A stretch of DNA of 63,894 nt, filler included, from Sphacelaria rigidula (lineage: Eukaryota), in NCBI GenBank assembly GCA_964200075.2. It is 5 parts of 5 records of this genome, joined end to end, with 100 filler letters (N's around TTAATTAATTAA, not from the genome) between each part and the next. Parts side by side here need not be neighbours in the genome. Positions count along the whole stretch, not along the records: positions 1 to 12,703 come from CAXNAA020003487.1; 4 more parts are not named here. The stretch is one strand, 5' to 3'. The notes under the pieces were generated by a model, which was not told where the DNA came from, did not search any database, and was given only the letters and a program-made list of their open reading frames with translations. Made by a program: the position numbers and the translations under genes. Shown here piece by piece: positions 1 to 12,626 of this stretch (its first letter is position 1; every line of letters starts with the position of its first letter).

Positions 1-628
1 AAATATTGGCCGGCGCATCCGCCTGCAAACGTTCATGCAGCCTCTAGGCTGGCCCAGCTCGTAGTGATGAACGACTCTTGACTTTTTTTGAAGCCGCCAA
101 GTCGTGTCCCGGTCCATTTGTCGAATCGGCATCACAGCACCCTCACATGGACAGCCGGGGCTTACCCTCATTTCGAAATTGAAATTAATGCAGAATCAGC
201 CTGGCTGGTCAATCAAAAGTTTTGTGTATCATTTGACCCCCAGGGTGTGTCATCCTCCGATTATTTTTTAAGTAACTGTGATTCCCGGGTTACTCAACAG
301 ATGCCCCAACTGGCGATCGGAGGGCTGAGTGTTGCAGTCGGGGGCGTGTCTTCGGAAACACAGAAGTCGGATTGGAAATGGAAATGGAACATGGAACATG
401 GAGTTTCGATTCTGCAGATATACTCGTAGGGGGGGAGGGAGCGGTGTCGTCATAAAAAAAGAGGAAGCAATCGATCGAGAAGGGCAAGTGTGGCGGAGAA
501 GAAATGAATCCGATGTGATGGGCTGCTATTCAATGCATTTCAACATGGACATGAAATACGACCTAGACGGCCGGATTCTTCTTGTTCACCGCACTTTTTC
601 GATCGAAGAATAATTTGCTAATGAGAAC

Positions 629-1038
629 AATTTGTAGGGCAACCAATCCGTATTTGTACAAATATGAGGATTTCAGCCCGTGTAAATCCGATTTTTTCCC
701 GCGGATTGATGATTGATTTTTCGGACCCCAGTCCGTTGGGCGATGTTTTCCGCCTAGCTCTGAGGAAGCGAGATCAATTCGCCGATTCTCTGGACGCTGA
801 CTTTTTTATTCATCTCTCTTCTGCTCAGATGCGGGAGTCTCCCGATCTGAGCAGAAATGTGATGGACCAAAAGTCAGCGCCCGGAGAACCAGAGAATTGA
901 TCTAGTTTCCTCAAAGCTAGGCGAAAAACATTGCCCAACCGACGGGGGTCCGAAAAATCAATCCACGGGAGAAATCCGGATTTACACGGGCTGAAATCCT
1001 CATATTTGTACAAATACGGCTTGGTTGCCAGACAAATT
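629..1038. repeat. ~410-bp almost loop-less imperfect palindrome (foldback/MITE-like)
   Basis: GGCAACCAATCCGTATTTGTACAAATATGAGGATTTCAGCCCGTGTAAATCC at 638 mirrors GGATTTACACGGGCTGAAATCCTCATATTTGTACAAATACGGCTTGGTTGCC ending at 1029; centre GGGAGTCTCCC at ~833-843. Confidence 0.92.
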
Positions 1039-4000
1039 AGTCCAAGACATGCCCAGTGTATGATTACTAGCACGAGTATGGTATGCTTCGTCGACGGTAG
1101 GAATACCGCCGGAGGGCTACTCGTATAAGCCCCCGTCTCTCTGCGGCCAGCTGCTGTTGTCAATTGAGCTAATTTTGACGGTTGTGTTGAGGACAACAGT
1201 GCTGTGGAGAGATAGACAGAGAAGTTTCCAGGAAAAGTGAGACAGGAGGCAACGGTTTAGTGTCACATCTCGTCTCGGACGAAAGGGGAAAATCATGATC
1301 TAGTCAAGCTCATAGAATGTGCTTCGTGGTGTTGTGGGCGTTGGCCTTGAGCTCGGAGCGTACACATCGCTCCATGTCTCCAATCCTGAAGGACAGCTCT
1401 CCACGAGGAGTCTAGCCGATACCCGAGGAACCTTCGTCATCGCTTGAAGTTTCCTGTTGACAGAACCAGAATGTCTGGCTGGGTTTGGGAGTAACCATAA
1501 GGCATGTTGGGTTCACACAACTGGGACTCGCACTTTTCGTACCTGGAAAGGAAAGAAAGGGAAAGGCTTGGGCCCAGCTTTTTGAGATCAAAACAGAAGC
1601 GTAGAACGAAAGACTGATGCCGCGATACTTGAGCTCCTCCCACAAAAGTGGCTGGTTTGAGGAGGCAAAATCGACATGTGAAGCAACATGACGAGAACCG
1701 GGCACACGGAGCAGCTGAGAACTCTCTCATGCTTGTGATCGTTTTCGCTAATTAATTGATTGATTGATTGTCGCACTTTAACTGACCCCCCGAGGGGTCC
1801 AGCCCGTGGTCTCATGGTAGACGTACCCAAGAAAAACGAATGTCGCCCATAATAGGCGCTTCATGCTTCACGCAGTCTGAATCAAGCTATCGTGTGTTGA
1901 AGTGTTGAATGACCATTTTCTCGGTGACAGTTTCGGGGGTGGTTTGCAGGGGAGCTATCGCGGCATCACCTGAAATAAGCGTCCAAGAGCACCATGTTGA
2001 TTCGTTGCCGCAACCTGATGCCCGCCCGGCAACCAGTGAACATGCTGCGTTTGGACGCTTGTTCCGTCTCTCTCTTGTTTTTGTCTTGATAAAACGGGGG
2101 CCTTCAGGGGGTTCTAACTGACGATCTGTCGCGAGTTGTGCCTACCCAGACATATCGTGGTGATCTGCAAATCAACGCGCGTCTTCTACTTCACGTAGCA
2201 CTGCTATCTGACGAGTTCTCATCAAACGAAATACCAAACTGTAGTCAGCTGCGAGAGTTGAGAGTGACACGTGCGGCGGAATTAGGGGGAAACAAAATTG
2301 AAATCGCATCGTCGGTTACAGTCAGTTGTGCCGCGGCAAAAAGTGATGGTGCTGCACAAGTTGTGGTTGTACAACAAGGCATGTCGTTCTGTAGGCGCGC
2401 ATTGTCTGAGATGGCACGCAGAGGACACCTCTAGTGCGCCAAGGCGTCTGGTAGTAGTGTGCGAACCGGTGAGCAGTGGGAGAAGAATGCTTGTAGGAAA
2501 CGTCAAAGTTCCACAACCTGGACGTGAGGTTCTAATGTCGAAAAATGTAACGCATAAATTATGGAACTCATTGTCTGTCGCCGTAGGCGCAATAGTCAAT
2601 ACTGTACGCGGTACATTTTTTGACTGCATTATATTGTCCAGGGTATGCAACGTTCCGGCTGAGGTTGTACTCTAGAAGCAAGTCAACCGGTTCTCAACAG
2701 GAACGCGCGGTGGCGCTGGTCAAGTTTGAGTCGTTTGCTGTGAAATTTTGACACGGTGCACATTAGGTGTATGTGAAGCCACTATCGTTTCCCCTTCATT
2801 TTTTTCTTTTCCCTCATGAGTTATTGGTGATCGAAAAATCGGAACAACTTATTTCGGTACAAAGTAGTCGATGTTGCAAATCTAGACAGGACAGTCTAAA
2901 TTATTTATGAGTGACTGAAATCGCCGCTCCAAGTTACTGTACTGCATAAGCGGCACGACTGAACGTTATTTGTTACGGTTCAGGTGAAACTGTAAACCAC
3001 GTATGTGTCGTTTCACTGTACCTTTTTCATGGGAGTATAGGGTACGTTTTAAGATCTTTTGGTTTACGCACAGCATTGTTTTTTCTCCAGATAGTGGAAA
3101 GTGTTGAGGCTCGCTCTCGCTCGCCCATCGCTTCTTACTCTCCCCAGCAACCCAGTTTTGCTTCCACAGCTCTCTCTTGCAAAAGAGGCTGTTTGATATT
3201 TTAGGCGAGAAATGCCGAACTACACTATCTTGTTTTACTACACTGCTCCTCGCAAGTAGCTTTACCGCTACAGTGCAAGCCTCTGCTTAACTGTCCAGTG
3301 AGACAGTGCCATGCCAGCAAATAATTTCCAACAGTCGACAGCGTATTGACAAAAATAATAAATATACGGTGGGATAATAAGGTTTTTACACAATACCTCA
3401 TGTACATCGCGTCAAAATTTCGTGGAAAAAAGACTTGAACTTGAACAGCGTGATCGCGTTTTTTTTTCGTGGCTGGTCCATATCCCCTTAAGAACCGGTC
3501 TTCGACACGAACGCGCGATTGTGCAGCTCAGTTTTGGGTAGTTTTCTATGAAATTTGGACACGATGTACATCACGTATGTGCCAAGACTCTTTCACCTGC
3601 CTCCTACATTTTTTTCTTTTTCTCCGTGAGCTATTGGCGACGAAATATATCAGAACATTTTTTCGGAACTAAATCATGAATAATTCACGCAAATCAAAAT
3701 AAGTAGTAGGGGACGGATGATGGAGTCTTCGCACACACGTTCTGTACATCGTGTCAAAATGTCACAGAAAACGACCCAAAGTTGAGCTGCATAATCGCGT
3801 GCTTACCATCATCCCTGTCCGCGTCTTGGGCGCCCCAGCTTACAGTTACCAAGCAAATCTGTCCAGGTCCAAATGCAGTCTGCTGCTTATTTTCATTGAA
3901 AACACGCAGCGGAAGGAAGAGCAAAGGAGCACTTGAGTTCCACCTTGCAGACCACCACGCTGGATGCCACCCTTTTATAGAACAATGCAAATGTCACAGA

Positions 4001-4159
4001 AGTCTCTCAACAACCCAACGCAAGCCGCAGCGATCACAGGGTACATACACTACAGTAATTGGGAATCGACACCACCGCCATCTAGGCATGATATGTTTAT
4101 TTCTTGCCGGCGCAAACTTGAGCATCTCTTTCACTGTAGGGGCAGGAACAAAATTACAC

Positions 4160-4317
4160 GGTAGGGTGGGCGACCGACCTGCGAACAAGCTCATGGACAA
4201 CATGGGCAGTACAAAACGGCACGTTCAAGTATTTTCCACATCCTTCTGAATGAAGAGAGTTTGGACAGTCCTGTGCTGTCTTTTCTGCACGTTGCTTCCT
4301 TGTGATCCTACTGTACG

Positions 4318-4352
<35 letters not shown>

Positions 4353-4480
4353 TTGTGCAGAGAGTGCAGACAGCATTGTATTGCCAAGAGTGAAAACAAG
4401 TGAGAAAGTACCGCTTCACGAATTCCACCGTCGTTTTCGATCGAACGGGTGCAAATTCGGTCGGGCCGGAACGCCAACTG
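4160..4480 (+). repeat. Dispersed repeat family C copy with internal (CA)n
   Basis: GTAGGGTGGGCGACCGAC...(CA)n...TTTCGATCGAA aligns by eye with 6055-6380. Confidence 0.8.
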
Positions 4481-4698
4481 ACGAAATGAAGTCCGCCCGG
4501 CCAATTCGTTCCAGTGAAGAAGAAATTGATAAGGCACAGCCTTCGGCTAGTTTTTATGGGATGAATCTCGCTTCTGTGGAGACCACACTCCGTGCAAAAT
4601 CACGGGGGGGGGGGGGGGGGGGGGGTGTTCCCCCCCCACATCCCGGGGGGGGGGCTTTGTTTTGTTGTCTGTTGTCTGTGCGNNNNGAGTGTGGGGGT

Positions 4699-4733
<35 letters not shown>

Positions 4734-4834
4734 GGGGGGGTTATACTTCCGAAAGTCAGATCCGTGGGGATCGTTTTCTAGTCTCAGATTTGTGACATTA
4801 TTGTCTACCCGGACGGTGATTTTCTGCATACGTA

Positions 4835-5440
4835 TGGTATCGCGTACTAGTGAAGCCGACAGGCAGGCAGACGGTGAATCATCCTTCGAATACAGTGCCG
4901 TACCGTGGTATCCTCGGGTAATGCAGTGCAGGACACTGCATGATCACAGTACACGATAATGCCGTGTGGTAACAAATGATGGCACAGTCGATAGCGCGAG
5001 AAGAGTGAACAGTGTGCGAGAATTCAGCAGTGCAGTGCCGTGTATCGCCCTGCAGGTACAGCGACAACAGGGAGTAGGATAGTGCAGTACCATTCATTAT
5101 GGTGGTAAATGCGGCAGCGCAATGCAGCATAAAATATTACCATGGCAGCAGGGTACGGCGTCAGCACTTCTTCTCCGCTTGTCAAACCCCGTGCGAAGCT
5201 ACTCCAGCGGCTGTCACAGGCAGGCACGGCCTGCGCTGTCACGAGACTGTCTGCTGCTGCGATCGCAAAAATATCAAACGCCTGTTGCCCTACCACAGTA
5301 CGTCACTTCCTACAGACAGGGGGACCATCAACTTTCCTCCGATTTAGGCGAAAAATCGGAGATAATCGTGCTCAAGCAGTGACAACTCCATTTGAGATCC
5401 CCCAATCTGCGTTCAGATCGAGATTGGCGAGACTGCTATT
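4835..5440 (+). repeat. Dispersed repeat family A copy (non-autonomous TE-like)
   Basis: GTGAAGCC...CGTACCGTGGTA...GGCACGGCCTGCGCTGTCACGAGACTGTCTG shared with 61995-62630 and in part with 25880-26310, on different contigs. Confidence 0.85.
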
Positions 5441-6054
5441 AGAATTAGTCTGAGGCCATGAAACGAAGAAATCGCATATGATAGATCGTCATTTCAAGAT
5501 TAACGACATGGACATGGATGACGACCCATCCTGAGCCATGACATCGGAAAATATATTTATTAAATTTATTTTCCACCTCACTCTTTCGATCGAAGAATAA
5601 ATGCCAAGGCCGTGTCTTCACAGAATCAACTTCGATGAAGAAGTGCTGTGGAAAGTAATAATTCTGAACAGATGGGTCGTTATCTGTGTTGACATGAAAT
5701 CCACGTCATTCATGTTCCTCGCTGGCCTCAACTATTTTTCGTGATTAGTCGCGCGCGGACAGGAGGAAAAATCTGCCTATCCAAAAAAAAAATCGACCGA
5801 AAACTTGCGGAGGAAAGGCACGAAGACCACCACGCCAGATACCACCCGTTCATAGACCCACGCAAACGCCACACAAATGACTCAGCTATCTCCGCACCCC
5901 TGTAGCATACCGTTGAGCACGAGTTGAGCACAGGGATACACATTCTGTAGTAGCTGGGAACCGGCACCAAAGCCCTCTTGGCATGATGTGTTTATGTTTG
6001 TTGGCAAACACTTGAGGATATTCTCTTATGGTGAGGGAGAGCGACGGAATTGCG

Positions 6055-6237
6055 TGGTAGGGTGGGCAACCGACGTGCGTGCACGCTCATGGATAGTGCA
6101 GGCAGTACAAAACTACACGTTGTTCCAGTCCCCTTCACATCGCCCTGTATGCAGAGAGAACACACAGTTCTATGCTGTCTGCACTGCACGTTGCCCGCTT
6201 CTTTTCGCGCCACACACGGTACCGAATACACATACAC

Positions 6238-6285
<48 letters not shown>

Positions 6286-6380
6286 CTGCAGACACGACTT
6301 CAGACAGTACTGATTGAAAGTGTACTGCTTCGCGAACTCCACTGTCTTCTTTCGATCGAAAGCATGCAGGTTCGCTTGGA
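6055..6380 (+). repeat. Family C second copy with (CA)n at ~6228-6283
   Basis: Direct diverged copy of 4160-4480. Confidence 0.8.
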
Positions 6381-6839
6381 CTCAACCCGCGCAAAACGAA
6401 CGAACTCTCTCGGATCAATTTTACGGTATTTCTTTTCCCGATCGAAGAAATATGTTCGAAGGCACGCTCCAAGACACCCCCTTCGTTTTTTCGATCGGAA
6501 ACATGCGGCGGAAAAGAATGAAGGGGCACTTGACTGCTGTATTTCGGACCACCACGCCATTGTCCAACCGTTCGCAGAAGCGTGCAGAAGCCACACTAGT
6601 AATAATCAGCCACCACCGCAACGGTCAGCATAGAGCACGAATTGAGCACGGGGACAATTACTCTCGATGCTGAGTGCGCGTCTTATCGAGGCAGAATAAA
6701 ACAAGTTGTAGAATCAGTTCCCCCACGTATTTATACCAGCAACGGCCACGTGTGGGTCTACCCGAGAGCGTCTTGTTGTCCAGATCTAAGCCAGACCACG
6801 AAACAGGTTCAAAGGCGTGTTGCAGTGGTCGTTGGACCA

Positions 6840-7240
6840 ACATCTCCGTACTTGAACATCTGGGGTGTAATGAGGAATCACCGTGCCTGCACACCGAGCC
6901 TCGACGAACAAAAAGAACACGGGCGGAGGAAGATACGGGCTTGATGGAGGCAGACACTGTCTTCATCAAATGTGCTGCGACGGTACACATGGTTCCGACG
7001 AAGTCCAGCTTGGAAAACCAAGTGGCTCAACGACACACAGCAGCTTTTTTTTCTGCGAACTCCGATCAGTATTGGGTCGCAGGTGGCCGAGTCCGGGTCC
7101 ATCTTACAACCGAAAACGTGTTGTTTACGCTATTGTATGGCTGTGTTTTCGGCACGCATTCAACACGAGTTGACGTTGCTTATTCCACTTCCGAAGGGGA
7201 TCCGACCAAAGCCGAGCACGATATGCTCATCTGGTAAACG
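6840..7240 (+). mobile_element. Possible degenerate Ty1/copia gag-protease relic
   Basis: Frameshifted GCNEE/HRAC (CCHC-knuckle-like) followed by TVFIKCAATVHMV, which resembles the copia protease motif W-x-x-D-S-G-A-T-x-H-M but lacks the catalytic Asp. Confidence 0.35.
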
Positions 7241-7395
7241 GCTATGACTCGAGTTTCAGGTTTTGTTCCAGCCGGGCACTGCGGCCGCCAGACTTGATAT
7301 TACATTGGGTCGCCAGTCATACCCTCTTCATGCTTGACCTCAGTATGACATGCCTGCACTAGTGCTCAACTTTAGGATCGACCGCTTATGCCGCC

Positions 7396-7490
7396 GCGCC
7401 GGGGTGGTCTAGGGGTAAGTTGTATAAGTCACCCCCTAAGGTGGAGGAAACACGAGGTTGATTTCCCGGCGAATGCGCTTGCTTTTTTTT
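7396..7490 (+). pseudogene. Degenerate tRNA-derived sequence (tRNA-Gly-like 3' end or SINE head)
   Basis: A-box-like TGGTCTAGGGG, decayed B box GGTTGATTTCCC, 3' CCCGGCGAATGC as in tRNA-Gly, then a T8 tract; no intact cloverleaf. Confidence 0.4.
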
Positions 7491-8139
7491 ATTAGTTATC
7501 AGAGTTCCCTCGTTAATAACGCCAGGACGTGAACGTTTTTTTCATCTATATTTGACGACAGTCCACACCGGGCGGGGGGGGGTGTTGATCCGATCCGCGA
7601 TGCTGAACAGGAAGGCGTGTACCACGGGGTAAAATGGCGGATTCCTTGAGAACTGGTCCCAAGGGAGAAGAGGGGTTGGAAGGGTGCAAAAACAAGGAGG
7701 AAAAAAAGAATGAGTCGATTGATGAGATGTAGATGGCAACGACTAACTAGTTTTGGCTGCTAACCCTTTTGGAAGTCTCGAAAAACAGTGAAAGCTCCCA
7801 TATGCGAGCTTTCGTCACCGAAAAAACGTCTCTTCGAGTTCGGCGCATGAATCTATCGTATTGGTATACTTGAACTTAGAGTCGTACACCGTTTTGGTGG
7901 GCTTCATCGTCAATACTTGCAGAAGAACAACCATATCTTGGCCGAGAAAAACGTCGATCGTAAATCGTCATTTTTCTATCGAAGGTCCCCCACATGGCGC
8001 TCGAACGGGTTCTCCCTTGATTTGAGGGCATGCGGTTTTCTTGTCGTCCTCATCTTTTGACTGCACAAGTTGTACGTGTATGTGTGTGTACTGTATACAC
8101 ACCAAAGCTCAACTCTAAGGGCGTGTCTTGGCGCATTGA

Positions 8140-8285
8140 TTTTCGATCAAAATTGTGCGGTGGAAAACAAGAATCTCGATCTAAATTGGTGGTGATTTCA
8201 ACCATCGTTAATTTCGAAGATGGTTAAAATCACGACTTCTCAGATCGGGATTTTTGTTTTCCACCGCACTTTTTCGATCGAAAAA
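8140..8285. repeat. ~145-bp hairpin
   Basis: TTTTCGATC..GTGCGGTGGAAAACAAGAATCTCGATCT pairs with AGATCGGGATTTTTGTTTTCCACCGCAC..GATCGAAAA; inner AACCATC/GATGGTT. Confidence 0.85.
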
Positions 8286-9366
8286 TAATGTGTGCGATGA
8301 CATGGCTCAACCACGTACGGACTGGCCACCCGCAGCTTGGCGGATGTGCTTCTCGAATACCCATCCATGGACGGTGCTCACGCTTCCCCTCAACCCGTGA
8401 ACAAGTATTCAAAGAGCGCGCTGTTTTGGTGACCTCAACATCTTGCCCTCCAGGCACTGAGTGTATCTGTCAACAGAAACGTCAATCAAAATCGTGGCGG
8501 GCGGGAGAGGATACGGCCCTGTCCAAGGATGCCCTCTGTTTTGTTCTTCTTGTTCACGCACAGCTAATGGGCAGTCTGTGATCGCGTTGACCGCTGATCC
8601 ACAGCCTGCTTGTAGAAAGTCCACCCTAGAGTCCTACCTGTGTATCACAGCCGTCAGTTGTACCGACATGCGGGTGATGTACTACAGCCGTGGTGTACTC
8701 CTGACGGGAATGCATGTTTAAGCAGCAGATCCGCATGGCGCTACACTCAGTTGCCGACGAATGTTCGCTAGTAAACTAGTTCTGTTATCTAGGGCGCCAT
8801 GGATGGGTGAAAGCTCATGCATGATTTCTATACCAATATCGTCAGCGTCGTGTGTCTTGCTGAAACTGGCAAGCAACCTGCGATCAAGAACCCAAGTTAT
8901 TCAAAACGGTGCCAAGTTTGATCCCCTACGCGTCGCCGGCCTACGTTTTCTGAGAAGCGTCTTGTGATGCAAAATATAATGAAGCTAGACGTCTTATAGC
9001 ACCACAAGCGTGGGCAGTAGTGTGTGTGTGTGTGTGTACGCATTCCCCATAAAGCACAGCACACTCGACCAAACGCCACAAAAACTTACGCGTCAGGGGC
9101 TCTTCTCAAACCGACATGGATGTTCACGTGCTGGAGGACCCCGCAAGTGGCGACCCCACGTAGGTACTTACAAGCGAGCATCCTCTTCAGCATATCTCAT
9201 CTCATCCTGCTTTGTTCCCGACTGTAGAACATTACAGAACGTCGTCCGTTGTCGCTCTCGTCGCTATGCCACCGTAATTTCTGGACATGAGCAGAAACCG
9301 AGCAACTGAAGGTAGCACAGCACTGCTTAGCCGCAGGCCGTTGTCTTGCTGGCGCCCACCCGCAAC

Positions 9367-12264
9367 ATGGCGGCAGAACATGCCGAGGTAGCAAGGAGTC
9401 GGCGCGGTACTATGGCACACGAACATAGCAGCAGCCGCGATGACGACAGTGACAACGCAATCAGGCGGTGTGGGGCATCGTCGCCGACATTAAAGCCATC
9501 CCCGTCAATCCGACACATGACGCCGCCGCCGATCGCTTTCCATGTGACGGGGTTCGGTGTGTTCAACGGTATCCCAGACAACCCGACAACACATATTGTC
9601 AATGAACTGCCGGGAGTGCTAATGGCGCGAGGATTTCACAACAGTCGCGACGGTAGTGGCGAGTCGAGCGACCGTGGTTCTTCGTTTTCAGGGCAGCCGC
9701 GGTCAGGGGCCTTCATAGCGAAGGATGGTAGCTTCGAGATATACCCCCGGGGTGTGCTACATGTGTCGGCGGATGAAGGGGGGCGTCAGGTCCGCCAAAT
9801 GCACAGCCGACTGTCGAGTCGCCGCCATCGCCACCACCGCGGCAGCCACGATATGACGAGTAGCGGCGGCGTTACCGACGCAAGCGTAATGGATGAAGAA
9901 GCGGAGTATCCCGCAGAGCGTCCTCTGTACCAAGATACCGGAAGGCGGTTTGTTGATGAAAACTCGGGCTGCGACGGCGCCGCGGATGATATTAGTGGCA
10001 ATTGCAATAAATCTGATGGCGGCGCTTCTTCTATTCCGGCCGACGCCGGTATCAGCGCCGGCAGTGATCCCGGCGGACCGGTTTACCCCGACGAGGACGA
10101 TGATGAGAGAAAAGGGCAAACCTCCGTGTTTGTGCACTGCGGGGTGGGCGGCGACGGGAGAACGTTCAAACTCGAAAGCCGGGCTTACAACGAGGCGACG
10201 TTCCGCGTTCCGGATGAAAAGGGGTACCAGCCGACCCACATTGCGATAGACGAGAGCAACGCCGACATCGCTCATGTTCGGAACACCACCCTACCAATTG
10301 CCGAGACGCTCAGCAAGCTGGAGGAAATGGGCTGGGGCCCCGCCCACGTGATGGAGTCCACATGCGCTGGACGGTTTGTGTGCAACTACGTGTACTACAC
10401 TTCGCTCGGCCTATGTGAAGCAGAGGCTTCCTCCGCTGTGCCGGCGGCGGAGGATCCTTGTCCGCCGACGTCGTCGCCGCCGCCGAAGAGCCGCTGCCAA
10501 CGGCACTGTCTGTTTCTGCATGTGCCACCTTTCAGCGTGATAGCGAAGGACGAACAGCTGTCCTTTGTTGTCGACTGCCTCACTGCGATTGCCGAGTGCC
10601 TCGGGGCGTCGGCGGGAACGAGCGATGCGAAAAAAGATTCAAGCATCGACGAAGGACCCGCCGTTGCCGTGGGGGCACGGGGGGGAAACGCGGGGTCCGA
10701 TACAACAGACGTATTCGCGCCGGCGCCCGCAGATACTGTGGCGCCCTCCTCACACGGCAACATCAGGCCGAATGAGCAGCGTGGGCCGCCGTCGAACCTG
10801 CCGTCTGCTACTGTCCCGTCTCGATCAAACGCGGGTTCGTTCAGGTCGTACGCCGCCACGGCCATACGGCGGTCGAACTCCATGCCATACTACGGCGCCG
10901 GTCGCTCTTCGAACCTGCTCGTAGGCGAAAGGGATGGTTCTACGTCCTACTTATCGTCCGTGATATGGGATGAGGACGATCTACGGCCAGTCGCAACAAA
11001 GGCGGAAGCTCGTCTGCCAATGCCGTCATCCCGTGCGCACGGTGATTCGCGCTACGCACGGTTTCGGTCTGCCGCCAGGGGCCCGGCGACTCACCACAGT
11101 GCCGACTACAGCAGCAGCAGCGTTGATGTCGGCGGCGGTATGCTTCGAGGGTACTCGGGCCGACAGGATCAAGAGGATAACGTTTCTGAATATTATGATG
11201 AGGACGACGAAGAAACGCAGGCGGAGGTGACTAGGCGGCGGCTGATCGAGGCGGGGTTCGAAGCACTTGACGTGGACGCAGGCATGGCAACAACCGGCTC
11301 TGATGACATGGAGACCAACATGCAGTTCCTCTTGGATATCACGCCGCTACTGCCTCGCGGCTCGCCCGCCGTCGGTGACATCGACGCCCTACGCGAGTTC
11401 CTCAGCGGCACCAGTGATCATGGGCCAGGCGGCCGGCGACGCAACATCGGCGCCGGCGGAGCAGCGCCGCGCCCCTCCCCCGTCGGCAGCAGAGTGCGAA
11501 CCAGGAGCGCCGGCTCAGCGGGAGGGATGGCAGGCGTCACTCCAAAGTGGGTGGGAGAAATCAGGCCGAAAGTTTCGCCAAATGGCGTGAACGGTACCGC
11601 ATCGCCGGGCGTTTCGTCGGAGGCGAGCACCCCTCGGAGCGGAGGCGGACTGCTGGCCAGATTCCGCCGCCATAAGAAGAACTCTAGTAGCACGGGGTCG
11701 GCATCCAGTACGCTGTCTACGGCGTCGCTGTCGTCGTCGACGACGTCGACGTCATTAAAAACAAGGAGGCCGGCAGCCGCAGCGGCAACCAAAGAACAAC
11801 GAAGCGCTCTCGCCACACCTGCCATCGCGCGGTCGTACTCGATGGGCACAACCTCGACCACGACAGTGAGCACAGTTGATGCAGCGGCCTCTGGCGGGAG
11901 AGGTGGCGACGCGTCGCCCGAATACTGTCGCCGCACTACCGGCAACAGCACCCGTTCTCTCTCGCCACCGCCGGATAACCTGCGCTGCACCGTCGGCGTC
12001 CCCACGAAAATAGACCCATCCGCGGGCTGGGGCGACACATCGCCTCTTGCCGCCACCACACTTCGCCTGGTGCTCTTAGTGAGGGTCGACTTGGGGATGG
12101 GAGCCGGGGCGATTGCCGCTCATTGCTGTAGGGCTGTCCTTGCCGCGACTCGGAAGGTGGAGGGGAGCGGCGCCGCGGATGAATTGGCGGTATGGAGGAA
12201 CGCGGGCGAGGCGACGGTAGTGCTAGCAGCAAGGGATTCTCGAGCACTCGGTGCTGTTCTTGAG
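9367..12264 (+). CDS. Exon of a pyroglutamyl-peptidase I (C15) + UBA-like + PTH2-like fusion protein; 3' exon(s) not found in this contig
   Basis: HVTGFGVFNGIPDNPT, VHCGV, KLESRAYN (Glu 10174), AGRFVCNYVYY (Cys 10381), FLHVP (His 10519); UBA-like RLIEAGFE...QFLLD at ~11233-11340; PTH2-like LVLLVRVDLGMGAGAIAAHC...W..AGEATVVL at 12061-12264; phase-0 donor GAG|GTGAGG at 12265. First ATG at 9367, alternative at 9517. Confidence 0.88.
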
Positions 12265-12626
12265 GTGAGGGCACACACTCTAGTAGGGCTTGATACTCGA
12301 CCAGCATGCACTGGTCGTACGAAGTGTACTAGTAGTGTACTAGTAGTGTACTAGTAGTGGCTGTGCAGCGGCGAGTACCGCCAGTACATATATATTTATG
12401 TACTTGTCGCTACCACGCCTAGTGAACTAGAAACAGGAAAGTATCTAATGCGCCGCTCCCAAGGCACAATGCGCAACACACACACTAAACACAGACGGGG
12501 GTGGGGGTGCTAGCTAGAGGTTTGCGTGACGGCGGTAAGGCTGTAGTACGCTAGGAGGCTACATGTTGGGGTTGAAACCGCTACTTCGTATTTTCTCTGC
12601 AATATATCTCTGGGAACTTTCCAAGG

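Noticed and set aside
4590-4745. Poly-G tracts as G-quadruplex or Gly/Pro-rich ORFs (also 51420-51560)
   Set aside because: Flank internal Ns; homopolymer sequence is unreliable
12265-12354. C-terminal 29 aa of the 1002-aa ORF
   Set aside because: Follows a good phase-0 donor, loses PTH2 similarity and runs into a CTAGTAGTGTA repeat; likely intron read-through
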